DNA from: Escherichia coli
GTDB lineage: Bacteria; Pseudomonadota; Gammaproteobacteria; Enterobacterales; Enterobacteriaceae
NCBI RefSeq assembly: GCF_044647545.1
Contig: NZ_CP172818.1
Length of the DNA stretch: 64,000 nt
Direction: 5' to 3' (one strand)
The translations under genes were made by a program, and so were the position numbers. A model generated the notes under the pieces. It saw only the letters and a program-made list of their open reading frames with translations. It was not told the origin of the DNA and did no database searches. Positions 39,915 to 52,951 of the stretch are shown in pieces; positions within the stretch are counted from its first letter, which is position 1; each line of letters starts with the position of its first letter.

Positions 39915-42900
39915 ATGTTGTACGATAAATCCCTTGAGAGGGATAACTGTGGTTTCGGCCTGATCGCCCACATAGAAGGCGAACCTAGCCACAAGGTAGT
40001 GCGTACTGCAATACACGCACTGGCCCGCATGCAGCACCGTGGCGCGATTCTCGCCGATGGTAAAACCGGTGACGGTTGCGGCTTGCTGTTACAAAAACCG
40101 GATCGCTTTTTTCGCATCGTTGCGCAGGAGCGCGGCTGGCGTTTAGCAAAAAACTACGCTGTCGGGATGCTCTTCCTGAATAAAGATCCTGAACTCGCCG
40201 CTGCCGCACGCCGCATCGTTGAAGAAGAGCTGCAACGCGAAACATTGTCGATTGTGGGCTGGCGTGATGTCCCCACTAACGAAGGCGTGCTGGGTGAAAT
40301 CGCCCTCTCCTCTCTGCCACGCATTGAGCAAATTTTTGTGAACGCCCCGGCAGGCTGGCGTCCACGCGATATGGAGCGCCGTCTGTTTATCGCCCGCCGC
40401 CGCATTGAAAAGCGTCTCGAAGCCGACAAAGACTTCTACGTCTGTAGCCTGTCGAATCTGGTGAACATCTATAAAGGTCTGTGTATGCCGGCGGATCTGC
40501 CGCGCTTTTATCTGGATCTTGCGGACCTGCGTCTGGAATCGGCCATTTGCCTGTTCCACCAGCGCTTTTCCACTAACACCGTACCGCGCTGGCCGCTGGC
40601 ACAGCCGTTCCGCTACCTCGCGCATAACGGTGAAATCAACACCATCACTGGTAACCGCCAATGGGCGCGTGCGCGTACCTATAAATTCCAGACGCCGCTG
40701 ATCCCTGACCTGCACGACGCCGCGCCGTTCGTCAACGAAACCGGCTCTGACTCCAGTTCCATGGATAACATGCTGGAACTGCTGCTGGCAGGCGGGATGG
40801 ATATCATCCGCGCCATGCGTCTGTTAGTGCCACCCGCCTGGCAGAACAACCCGGATATGGACCCGGAACTGCGTGCCTTCTTTGACTTTAACTCCATGCA
40901 TATGGAGCCGTGGGATGGCCCGGCAGGCATCGTGATGTCTGACGGTCGTTTTGCCGCCTGTAACCTCGACCGTAACGGTCTGCGTCCGGCACGCTATGTC
41001 ATCACCAAAGATAAGCTCATTACCTGCGCCTCTGAAGTCGGTATCTGGGATTATCAGCCTGACGAAGTGGTCGAAAAAGGCCGCGTCGGGCCAGGCGAAC
41101 TGATGGTGATCGACACCCGCAGTGGGCGTATTCTGCACTCGGCAGAAACCGATGACGATCTGAAAAGCCGCCATCCATATAAAGAGTGGATGGAGAAAAA
41201 CGTCCGCCGACTGGTACCGTTTGAAGATCTGCCCGATGAAGAAGTGGGTAGCCGCGAACTGGACGACGACACGCTTGCCAGCTACCAGAAACAGTTTAAC
41301 TACAGCGCGGAAGAGCTGGACTCCGTAATTCGCGTACTGGGTGAAAACGGTCAGGAAGCCGTCGGTTCGATGGGCGATGATACCCCATTCGCCGTGCTCT
41401 CCAGTCAGCCGCGCATTATTTACGACTACTTCCGCCAGCAGTTTGCTCAGGTAACCAACCCGCCAATCGACCCGCTGCGTGAAGCGCATGTTATGTCGCT
41501 CGCCACCAGCATTGGCCGCGAAATGAACGTCTTCTGCGAAGCTGAAGGCCAGGCGCACCGTTTAAGCTTTAAATCGCCGATTCTGCTCTATTCCGATTTC
41601 AAACAGCTCACGACGATGAAAGAGGATCACTACCGCGCAGATACGCTGGATATCACCTTTGACGTCACTAAAACCACGCTCGAAGCGACGGTGAAAGAGC
41701 TGTGCGACAAAGCCGAAAAAATGGTACGTAGCGGCACCGTGCTGCTGGTGCTCTCCGACCGGAATATCGCTAAAGATCGCCTGCCGGTTCCGGCTCCGAT
41801 GGCGGTTGGCGCGATCCAGACCCGTCTGGTCGAGCAAAGCCTGCGTTGCGATGCCAACATCATCGTCGAAACCGCCAGCGCCCGTGATCCGCACCACTTC
41901 GCCGTGTTGCTGGGTTTCGGCGCGACGGCTATTTATCCGTACCTTGCCTATGAAACGCTGGGCCGTCTGGTAGACACCCACGCGATTGCCAAAGATTATC
42001 GTACCGTGATGCTCAACTATCGTAACGGCATCAACAAAGGCTTGTACAAAATCATGTCCAAAATGGGCATCTCCACCATCGCCTCTTATCGCTGCTCGAA
42101 ACTGTTTGAAGCGGTCGGTCTGCACGATGATGTCGTGGGCCTGTGCTTCCAGGGCGCGGTTAGCCGCATTGGCGGGGCGAGCTTTGAAGACTTCCAGCAG
42201 GATCTGCTGAATCTGTCGAAACGTGCCTGGCTGGCGCGTAAGCCCATCAGCCAGGGCGGCCTGCTGAAATACGTGCACGGTGGCGAATACCACGCCTACA
42301 ACCCGGACGTGGTGCGCACACTGCAACAGGCGGTACAAAGCGGCGAGTACAGCGACTATCAGGAATACGCGAAGCTGGTTAATGAGCGTCCGGCAACCAC
42401 GCTGCGCGATCTGCTGGCAATTACGCCGGGTGAAAACGCAGTCAACATTGCCGATGTTGAACCGGCAAGCGAACTGTTTAAACGCTTCGATACCGCTGCG
42501 ATGTCTATCGGCGCGTTAAGCCCGGAAGCCCACGAGGCGCTGGCTGAAGCGATGAACAGCATCGGCGGTAACTCGAACTCCGGTGAAGGGGGTGAAGATC
42601 CGGCGCGCTACGGTACCAACAAAGTCTCACGCATCAAGCAGGTGGCGTCCGGTCGCTTCGGTGTTACTCCGGCGTATCTGGTCAATGCTGACGTCATTCA
42701 GATTAAAGTCGCCCAGGGCGCGAAGCCGGGCGAAGGCGGTCAGTTGCCGGGTGATAAAGTCACTCCTTACATTGCCAAACTGCGCTATTCGGTGCCCGGA
42801 GTGACGCTGATCTCCCCGCCGCCGCACCACGATATCTACTCTATCGAGGACTTAGCGCAGCTCATTTTCGACCTCAAGCAGGTTAACCCGAAAGCGATGA

Positions 42901-44375
42901 TCTCCGTGAAGCTGGTGTCCGAACCGGGCGTCGGCACCATCGCGACTGGCGTGGCGAAAGCTTATGCGGACTTGATCACCATCGCAGGCTATGACGGCGG
43001 CACCGGCGCAAGTCCGCTTTCATCGGTGAAATACGCAGGCTGTCCGTGGGAGCTGGGGCTTGTTGAAACCCAACAGGCGCTGGTTGCCAACGGCTTGCGT
43101 CACAAGATCCGTTTGCAGGTTGATGGCGGCCTGAAAACCGGCGTTGATATCATCAAAGCGGCGATTCTCGGCGCAGAAAGCTTCGGCTTCGGCACTGGCC
43201 CGATGGTGGCGCTCGGCTGTAAATATCTGCGTATTTGCCATCTGAACAACTGCGCGACGGGTGTTGCAACTCAGGATGACAAACTGCGTAAGAATCACTA
43301 TCACGGCCTGCCGTTCAAGGTGACTAATTACTTTGAGTTTATCGCACGTGAAACCCGCGAGCTGATGGCACAGCTGGGGGTAACGCGTCTGGTGGATCTG
43401 ATTGGTCGCACCGACCTGCTGAAAGAGCTGGACGGTTTCACCGCCAAACAGCAGAAACTGGCGCTGTCGAAGCTGCTGGAAACTGCCGAGCCACATGCAG
43501 GTAAGGCACTCTACTGCACCGAAAACAACCCGCCGTTTGATAACGGCCTACTGAACGCGCAGTTGCTGCAACAGGCAAAACCGTTTGTCGATGAACGCCA
43601 GAGCAAAACCTTCTGGTTCGATATCCGCAACACCGATCGTTCTGTCGGCGCGTCGCTTTCAGGCTATATCGCCCAGACGCACGGCGATCAGGGGCTGGCT
43701 GCCGATCCGATCAAAGCATACTTCAACGGCACCGCAGGCCAGAGCTTCGGTGTGTGGAACGCGGGCGGCGTGGAACTGTATCTGACCGGCGATGCTAACG
43801 ACTATGTCGGTAAAGGCATGGCGGGCGGCTTAATTGCCATTCGTCCTCCGGTTGGCTCAGCCTTCCGCAGCCATGAAGCAAGCATTATCGGCAACACCTG
43901 CCTGTATGGCGCGACCGGAGGTCGTCTGTATGCCGCAGGCCGCGCGGGTGAACGTTTCGGCGTACGTAACTCCGGTGCTATCACCGTGGTAGAAGGCATT
44001 GGCGACAACGGCTGTGAATATATGACGGGCGGTATTGTCTGTATTCTGGGTAAAACCGGCGTTAACTTCGGCGCGGGCATGACCGGCGGCTTCGCTTACG
44101 TTCTCGATGAAAGCGGCGATTTCCGCAAACGCGTTAACCCGGAACTGGTCGAGGTCTTAAGCGTTGACGATTTGGCGATCCATGAAGAGCATCTGCGTGG
44201 TCTTATCACCGAGCATGTGCAGCATACCGGTTCCCAGCGCGGTGAAGAGATTCTGGCGAACTGGTCAACCTTCGCCACGAAATTCGCGCTGGTTAAACCG
44301 AAGTCCAGTGATGTAAAAGCACTGCTGGGTCACCGTAGTCGTAGCGCAGCAGAGTTGCGCGTGCAGGCGCAGTAA
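39915..44375 (+). CDS. gltB: Glutamate synthase (NADPH) large subunit
   Basis: ORF track 39807..44375 (1522 aa); start placed at MLYDKSLERDNCGFGLIAHIEGEPSHK... for the 1486-aa form; glutamine amidotransferase, FMN and Fe-S domains. Upstream in-frame Met at 39822 is an alternative. Confidence 0.93.
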   Translation: MLYDKSLERDNCGFGLIAHIEGEPSHKVVRTAIHALARMQHRGAILADGKTGDGCGLLLQKPDRFFRIVAQERGWRLAKNYAVGMLFLNKDPELAAAARRIVEEELQRETLSIVGWRDVPTNEGVLGEIALSSLPRIEQIFVNAPAGWRPRDMERRLFIARRRIEKRLEADKDFYVCSLSNLVNIYKGLCMPADLPRFYLDLADLRLESAICLFHQRFSTNTVPRWPLAQPFRYLAHNGEINTITGNRQWARARTYKFQTPLIPDLHDAAPFVNETGSDSSSMDNMLELLLAGGMDIIRAMRLLVPPAWQNNPDMDPELRAFFDFNSMHMEPWDGPAGIVMSDGRFAACNLDRNGLRPARYVITKDKLITCASEVGIWDYQPDEVVEKGRVGPGELMVIDTRSGRILHSAETDDDLKSRHPYKEWMEKNVRRLVPFEDLPDEEVGSRELDDDTLASYQKQFNYSAEELDSVIRVLGENGQEAVGSMGDDTPFAVLSSQPRIIYDYFRQQFAQVTNPPIDPLREAHVMSLATSIGREMNVFCEAEGQAHRLSFKSPILLYSDFKQLTTMKEDHYRADTLDITFDVTKTTLEATVKELCDKAEKMVRSGTVLLVLSDRNIAKDRLPVPAPMAVGAIQTRLVEQSLRCDANIIVETASARDPHHFAVLLGFGATAIYPYLAYETLGRLVDTHAIAKDYRTVMLNYRNGINKGLYKIMSKMGISTIASYRCSKLFEAVGLHDDVVGLCFQGAVSRIGGASFEDFQQDLLNLSKRAWLARKPISQGGLLKYVHGGEYHAYNPDVVRTLQQAVQSGEYSDYQEYAKLVNERPATTLRDLLAITPGENAVNIADVEPASELFKRFDTAAMSIGALSPEAHEALAEAMNSIGGNSNSGEGGEDPARYGTNKVSRIKQVASGRFGVTPAYLVNADVIQIKVAQGAKPGEGGQLPGDKVTPYIAKLRYSVPGVTLISPPPHHDIYSIEDLAQLIFDLKQVNPKAMISVKLVSEPGVGTIATGVAKAYADLITIAGYDGGTGASPLSSVKYAGCPWELGLVETQQALVANGLRHKIRLQVDGGLKTGVDIIKAAILGAESFGFGTGPMVALGCKYLRICHLNNCATGVATQDDKLRKNHYHGLPFKVTNYFEFIARETRELMAQLGVTRLVDLIGRTDLLKELDGFTAKQQKLALSKLLETAEPHAGKALYCTENNPPFDNGLLNAQLLQQAKPFVDERQSKTFWFDIRNTDRSVGASLSGYIAQTHGDQGLAADPIKAYFNGTAGQSFGVWNAGGVELYLTGDANDYVGKGMAGGLIAIRPPVGSAFRSHEASIIGNTCLYGATGGRLYAAGRAGERFGVRNSGAITVVEGIGDNGCEYMTGGIVCILGKTGVNFGAGMTGGFAYVLDESGDFRKRVNPELVEVLSVDDLAIHEEHLRGLITEHVQHTGSQRGEEILANWSTFATKFALVKPKSSDVKALLGHRSRSAAELRVQAQ

Positions 44376-45788
<1,413 letters not shown>

Positions 45789-45909
45789 GGTGTTCTGGAA
45801 AGCGCCTCGCATAATCTGAAGAAAACCAATGTAATACGCACATCTGGATTGTTACCGGCCGATGCAGATCCCGGCGTATAGCTGATTCCATTATTCAACA
45901 CTGCGCCAT

Positions 45910-47037
45910 ATGAAGGGACAGATAATGGAATCGCTCTCAGAAGGAACCACAGCAGGCTACCAGCAAATCCACGACGGCATTATTCATCTGGTCGATAGCG
46001 CCCGGACGGAAACGGTACGTAGTGTTAACGCGTTAATGACCGCCACATACTGGGAAATTGGCCGACAAATTGTCGAATTTGAACAAGGTGGCGAGACCAG
46101 GGCTGCGTATGGTGCGCAGCTAATCAAGCGACTATCAAAGGATTTAAGTCTAAGGTATAAGCGTGGGTTTTCCACCAGGAATTTATGGCAGTTTAAGAAT
46201 TTTTATATTTGTTTTCAACGAATTGAAATTGTGCAGACACTGTCTGCACAATTCACCCCCACAATTCGCCAGACACTATCTGGCGAATCTTGCCATTTAG
46301 CGCAACTTGCCAAATCTTTCCCCCTGCCCTGGTCCACTTACGTCCGTTTGCTTTCTGTTAAAAACGCTGACGCTCGTAGCTTTTATGAGAAAGAAACACT
46401 CCGCTGTGGCTGGTCTGCTCGTCAGCTCGAACGGCAAATTGCGACCCAATTTTATGAGCGGACACTACTGTCACATGACAAATCAGCCATGCTGCAACAA
46501 CACGCTCCTGCCGAGACGCATATTCTTCCGCAACGGGCGATACGCGATCCCTTTGTGCTCGAATTTCTGGAATTGAAAGATGAATATTCAGAATCCGATT
46601 TTGAGGAGGCGCTGATCAACCACCTGATGGATTTCATGCTGGAACTTGGGGATGATTTTGCCTTTGTTAGTCGACAGCGAAGGTTACGCATTGATGACAA
46701 CTGGTTTCGTGTCGATCTGCTGTTTTTCCACCGCCGTTTACGCTGCCTGCTAATCGTCGATCTAAAAGTGGGCAAATTCAGCTATAGCGATGCCGGACAG
46801 ATGAATATGTATCTCAACTACGCCAAAGAGCACTGGACGCTACCGGATGAAAATCCGCCCATCGGTCTGATTCTCTGTGCAGAGAAAGGAGTCGGAGAAG
46901 CGCATTATGCACTGGCTGGTTTACCTAACACCGTTCTGGCGAGTGAATATAAGATGCAACTACCTGATGAAAAACGACTCGCGGATGAACTCGTTCGAAC
47001 ACAGGCGGTGTTAGAGGAAGGCTATAGACGCCGTTAA
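45910..47037 (+). CDS. yhcG: DUF1016 / PD-(D/E)XK nuclease-superfamily protein YhcG
   Basis: 375-aa ORF MKGQIMESLSEGTTAGYQQIHDGIIHLVDSARTETVRS...; C-terminal region has restriction-endonuclease-like D...(E/D)xK spacing (RVDLLFF, IVDLKVGKF); alternative start at ATG 45925 (MESLSEG). Confidence 0.8.
   Translation: MKGQIMESLSEGTTAGYQQIHDGIIHLVDSARTETVRSVNALMTATYWEIGRQIVEFEQGGETRAAYGAQLIKRLSKDLSLRYKRGFSTRNLWQFKNFYICFQRIEIVQTLSAQFTPTIRQTLSGESCHLAQLAKSFPLPWSTYVRLLSVKNADARSFYEKETLRCGWSARQLERQIATQFYERTLLSHDKSAMLQQHAPAETHILPQRAIRDPFVLEFLELKDEYSESDFEEALINHLMDFMLELGDDFAFVSRQRRLRIDDNWFRVDLLFFHRRLRCLLIVDLKVGKFSYSDAGQMNMYLNYAKEHWTLPDENPPIGLILCAEKGVGEAHYALAGLPNTVLASEYKMQLPDEKRLADELVRTQAVLEEGYRRR
46227..46253. 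repeat. 27-bp palindrome, copy 1 (inside yhcG CDS)
   Basis: aattgtgcagaca-c-tgtctgcacaatt: perfect 13-bp arms around a single central base. Confidence 0.7.
46263..46289. repeat. 27-bp palindrome, copy 2 (inside yhcG CDS, 9 bp after copy 1)
   Basis: aattcgccagaca-c-tatctggcgaatc: 11 of 13 arm positions complementary; same AATT....CAGACAC core as copies 1 and 3. Confidence 0.7.
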
Positions 47038-47051
47038 TTTCAGCGGTTTCG

Positions 47052-47078
47052 AATTCTCCAGACACTGTCTGGAGAATC
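47052..47078. repeat. 27-bp palindrome, copy 3 (14 bp downstream of yhcG stop)
   Basis: aattctccagaca-c-tgtctggagaatc: 12 of 13 arm positions complementary; differs from copy 2 by compensatory changes (cgcc/ggcg to ctcc/ggag). Confidence 0.7.
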
Positions 47079-47096
47079 TTTAAAACGAACTAAGTT

Positions 47097-48429
<1,333 letters not shown>

Positions 48430-48433
<4 letters not shown>

Positions 48434-49119
48434 AGCACCGCCTTTTTCATCGCTGTGTTGTACCACTGACAAATGTGTTCAAGACGCGTAATGGCAGAAC
48501 CGACCGTCACCGCCCACGCGCCGTGGCGCATCGCATCCGCCGCCTGAGCAGGCGTGTTGTAACGCCCTTCGGCAATCACCCGACATCCGGCGTCGCTCAA
48601 CGTTTTCACCAGCGCCAGATCCGGCTCTTCTGGCGTTTCAGGTGTGGTATAGCCAGAAAGCGTGGTGCCAATAATTTCGGCTCCCAGCTTTTGGCAAGCC
48701 AGGCCGTCTTCCGGCGTTGAGCAGTCGGTCATCGCCAGTAAACCGTGATGGTGAATACGTGCCAGCAGCGTTTCAACAGGCACCGGACGCGGACGATCGG
48801 TGCCATCAATCGCGATGATATCCGCGCCTGCCTGCGCCAGCGCATCGACATCTTCAATATAGGCCGTGATGCGTACCGGAGAATCCTCCAGATCGCGTTT
48901 CACAATCCCGATAATCGGCACACTCACCACCGCACGCGTGGCTTGCAGATTTGCCACACCTTCAATGCGAATGGCGACCGCACCCGCCTGCTCTGCAGCT
49001 AATGCCATGGCGGCGACGATTTCGGGTTTATCGAGCGGGCTGTCAGGAACCGGCTGGCAGGAGACAATCAGGCCACCGTTAGCAGCGATTTTTTGATCCA
49101 GTTGTGCAAGTAACGACAT
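48430..49119 (-). CDS. nanE: N-acetylmannosamine-6-phosphate 2-epimerase
   Basis: ORF ...[77 protein letters not shown]...; start moved to MSLLAQ (229 aa). Confidence 0.9.
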
Positions 49120-49166
49120 ACATCTTCCCTTAGCGAAAGGCCCGGTACAGAGACCGGGCAACAGGA

Positions 49167-50657
49167 TTAACTTTTGGTTTTGACTAAATCGTTTTTGGCG
49201 CTGCCAAACGGCACGGCACCGCTAAATGGTTTGCCGTCGATAGCGTCATGAGTACGCAATGCTTCCGGGCGCAGCCAACGCTGAACGCGAGAAGGCATAT
49301 CCAGACCAATCAGCAGGATCACCACAAACGTCAAACTGAACGAGAGCGATGCCAGCGCAGTACCCAGATCCAGACGTTGAGCGATCAACGCGCCGATGAT
49401 TGGGGCCAGTGCGCCGCCCAATGCGCCAACGTTGTAGGTAAAGCCCAGGCCCGCTGCACGCTGGTCGGTATCGAAATAACCGCCAATCAGTTTCGGTAAG
49501 ATCCCGGCGATCCCTTGTCCAAGCATTTGCTGGAAGAACAGTAACAGACCGAGCACCCAGACGTTTGCGCCGCCAATCGCAAATACCGGAATAATCAGCA
49601 GCTGCGAGGCCAGCAGACTACAAACGTACGCTTTGCGGGTTCCCAGCCAGTCACCGAGGAAGCCACCGACGCAGCACCCCACCGCCGCGCCAAAGCCACT
49701 AAAGAACAGCACATTGGCGACAGTATGCGGGTCATAAGCCAGATCGGTTTTCAGATATGTTGGCAGCAGCGCCTGAATCGGCCATGAGTAGAGGAAAGCA
49801 AACAACACGACCACCATCAGCATTACGCCCGTTGGCCAGCGTTTGCCCGTACTCTGCACCATAAAGCTGATAAAGATTGCGGCGCATAACAGCCCAAGAA
49901 CAGCGACGATCGCGGCATTTTGCAGGTTACCGGCGAAGCAGAACCACAGCGCAGTAGCCGCCGCCAGTGTCATTACGATATTGGCAATGCGATGTTCACC
50001 ACGGTAGAGAATATCCACCATTGTGCGTACCGGTGCTTTACCCCCGTGTTTCTCTTTCCAGTCTTCCGCTTCCGGGATGTTTTTACGCAGCCAGAGAGCA
50101 AAGATGATTGGCAAAATGCCGATAAAGAACAGCGCACGCCAGCCCCAGACCGGAACCACCAGACTATAGACCTGAGCGGCAACGACGGCCCCCACTGAGA
50201 AGCCTGAAATCAGAAAACCACTGGCTTTGTTACGCAGATGCTTTGGCCAGCTTTCAATGACATAGGTGGCGCTGGAACCGTATTCACCCGCCATCCCCAT
50301 GCCGATGACCAGACGAGCGATAAACATGGTGATGTAGCCTGGCGCAAAGCCGCAGGCCAGCGTCCCGGCCGAGAAGAGAACGATGCTGGTGACCATTGCC
50401 AGACGACGCCCGTAGCGGTCACCCATAGCGCCGAGCATCAGGCCGCCGAACCAGCGAGAGATAAAGGCTGCGGAGATCAGACTTGCCGCCTGCACCGTCG
50501 TGAGCCCGAATTCACCCTGTACTTCGGTGAGTACTAGGGCGATTAAAACGAAATCAAAACCGTCAAGCAGATATCCCAACCAGGCAGCGGAAAATGCCCG
50601 CCATTGTGCGCGGTTAAGATGGCGATACCACGGGATATTCTGGGTTGTAGTACTCAT
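49167..50657 (-). CDS. nanT: Sialic acid transporter (MFS)
   Basis: ORF ...[65 protein letters not shown]...; start moved to MSTTTQ (496 aa). Confidence 0.9.
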
Positions 50658-50765
50658 TGTGAGTCTCCCGCGGTGGGCGATGCCCACACGCTTTGGTATG
50701 AAAATTGTAGGGTACAGATGCGTTTATTTCCCCTCACCCGGTAGGGGCGAGCGAGGGGAAAAAAC

Positions 50766-51659
50766 TCACCCGCGCTCTTGCATCAACTGCTGGGCCAGCG
50801 CCTTCAGTTCTGGCAGATATTTTTCATCTACCGGACCAAACGGTTTGCGGCACAGCGGCACAGAAACGACATCCATATAATGCAGGACAGTTTTCAGGCC
50901 GCGGAATACGCCCGTTTTGATCAGTAAATCAATGACTTTGTTGCACTCAGTTTGCAGTTTCTGCGCGGTCTGGATATCGCCTTCTTTCAGCGCCTTAACA
51001 ATGCCCTGATAACGCCAGCCCATGATGTTGTAGGTACTACCGATACCACCATCAGCGCCCGCCAGAAGACCAGAGGCGAAGATTTCGTCGTAACCGTTAT
51101 AGAGCACCAGATCAGGATGTTCACGACGGATCTGCTCCATCTGATAGAGATCGCCAGAAGTCTGTTTCAGCGCACCGACGCCAGGCAACGTAACAAGTGT
51201 GTTGATCTGATCCAGGGTAAGTTTTACCCCACTCAGGGCTGGAATGTTGTACACCACCATCGGCAAACCATCCGCTGAATCAATAATTGCCCGATAGTGA
51301 TCGCAGTGTTCTTCAAAGCTGAAAGGATAGTAGAACGGCGTAACGGCAGAGACGGCATCGAAGCCATAACGTTTAGCCGATGCCGCAAGTTGTTGGCTTT
51401 CAGCAGTGCTGACGCAACCTACGTGAGCGATGAGTTTAATCTTGCCTTTCGCCTCTTCGGCGACGATTTCCAGTACCTGTTCACGCTCGGAAAGGCTTTG
51501 TACAAAGGCTTCGCCGGTAGAACCACCCACGTATAAACCGTCGATGCCCTGCTGAATATTGAACTGAACCAGGCGACGCAGACTCGCTTTATCCAGTGCT
51601 TGTTGTTGATCAAAAGGAGTCAGGAGTGCGGCCATTACGCCACGTAAATTCGTTGCCAT
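50766..51659 (-). CDS. nanA: N-acetylneuraminate lyase
   Basis: 297-aa [85 protein letters not shown]... Confidence 0.95.
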
Positions 51660-51694
51660 AAATACCTCTGAAGTGATGCTTGTCTGATAAACGA

Positions 51695-51717
51695 TATACC
51701 TTTATACCTGTTATACC
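51695..51717 (-). promoter_or_regulatory. NanR operator: three direct GGTATA hexamer repeats (Nan box) in the nanA promoter
   Basis: Plus strand tatacc-tt-tatacc-tgt-tatacc (GGTATA x3 on the nanA strand), about 40-60 bp upstream of the nanA start. Confidence 0.55.
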
Positions 51718-51780
51718 AGATCAATTAAGCAACACCCCATACAGAAAGCTTATAATGCGATCTGCTTCACTAAAGTGGCA

Positions 51781-52572
51781 TTATTTCTTTTTGTTGGTGG
51801 TCTGACCGAAGGCGTGCCAGGTAGCAGAGACGCTGTTGAGATGCGATTGCAACGCGCGATCGGCTTCATCGGGATCGTGGCGGCGGATCGCGTCAACGAT
51901 CGCAATATGCTGTTGATAGCTAACGTTGTTATGCTCGTGCAGAGCCTGATCAGCCACGGTTGGACGTGCGGCGATCAGCCAGTCGAGCAGGGCAACGTGG
52001 ATCGCCATGAAGATTGGGTTACCGGGGATCTCCGCCAGCACGCGGTGGAAATCAACGTCTGAACGAATGAATGCCGCGTTGTTATCCAGCGACTGACTGT
52101 TGATTTCCAGTGCTTTTGCCAGCAAATCGATTTGCTCATCGGTGGCGTGTTCAGCCGCATAGCGCACCAGGCTGGATTCAAAGAACAGACGTAATTGTTC
52201 GAAATGGGCAATCCCGCCAGGATGAGAAAGGAAATCTTTCGCCATGCCGGAAAGCTCGCCGATGATGGTGTCCGCAGAAGGACGTGAGACGCGAGCGCGT
52301 TCGCCGTTGTTTATCTGCACCAGACCTTTGCGTTTTAACGCTGCCAGCGCTTCACGCACCGAAGGACGCCCGACATTAAAGAACGCCATCAGTTCGCGTT
52401 CAGACGGTAATTGTTCACCTTCGCCAAATTCACGACGGCGGATCATCTGTTCCAGCTCTTCTTCCACCATTTCGGAGAGTTTTTTACGCGCCAGCGGGCG
52501 GCTGCGTAAGTTGCGGCCAATTACAGGTGAAGAATCTTCGGTTTGCGAATCAAATGCGTTCATAAGGCCCAT
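51781..52572 (-). CDS. nanR: GntR/FadR-family transcriptional repressor NanR
   Basis: 263-aa [89 protein letters not shown]... Confidence 0.9.
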   Translation of the reverse strand: MGLMNAFDSQTEDSSPVIGRNLRSRPLARKKLSEMVEEELEQMIRRREFGEGEQLPSERELMAFFNVGRPSVREALAALKRKGLVQINNGERARVSRPSADTIIGELSGMAKDFLSHPGGIAHFEQLRLFFESSLVRYAAEHATDEQIDLLAKALEINSQSLDNNAAFIRSDVDFHRVLAEIPGNPIFMAIHVALLDWLIAARPTVADQALHEHNNVSYQQHIAIVDAIRRHDPDEADRALQSHLNSVSATWHAFGQTTNKKK

Positions 52573-52951
52573 TCTGTAAGGTCAGTGTGATTAACATCAT
52601 CAGTGACATCCTATCACAGGATTGAAAGTAGGGGGAAATGGCGGGGTTTTCTCTTTGTGCCTCATCATTACTATGATTAACTGAATAATTAACTATTGCG
52701 AAAAATTAATGTAACGCAGATAAAAACATCCCGATTGAATTATTCATAAGACTATTAACAAGTATTATGAATATTATGAATGTGTTCTTACAAAATAATC
52801 ATAAGCGCATATTTTTTAATGAAAAATCACCTCATCTACAATTAAAAACACGACATCCGCACCATAAATAGCCTTGCAAAAAATATAACATCATTGTTTT
52901 CAATCTGCCGTTTATGGGATTGACCGTTTTCTTTTGACACGGAGTTCAACA

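Noticed and set aside
40143-42338. Several 190-260-aa minus-strand ORFs (40143..40715, 40824..41558, 41562..42338)
   Set aside because: All antisense to the long gltB CDS; no independent support
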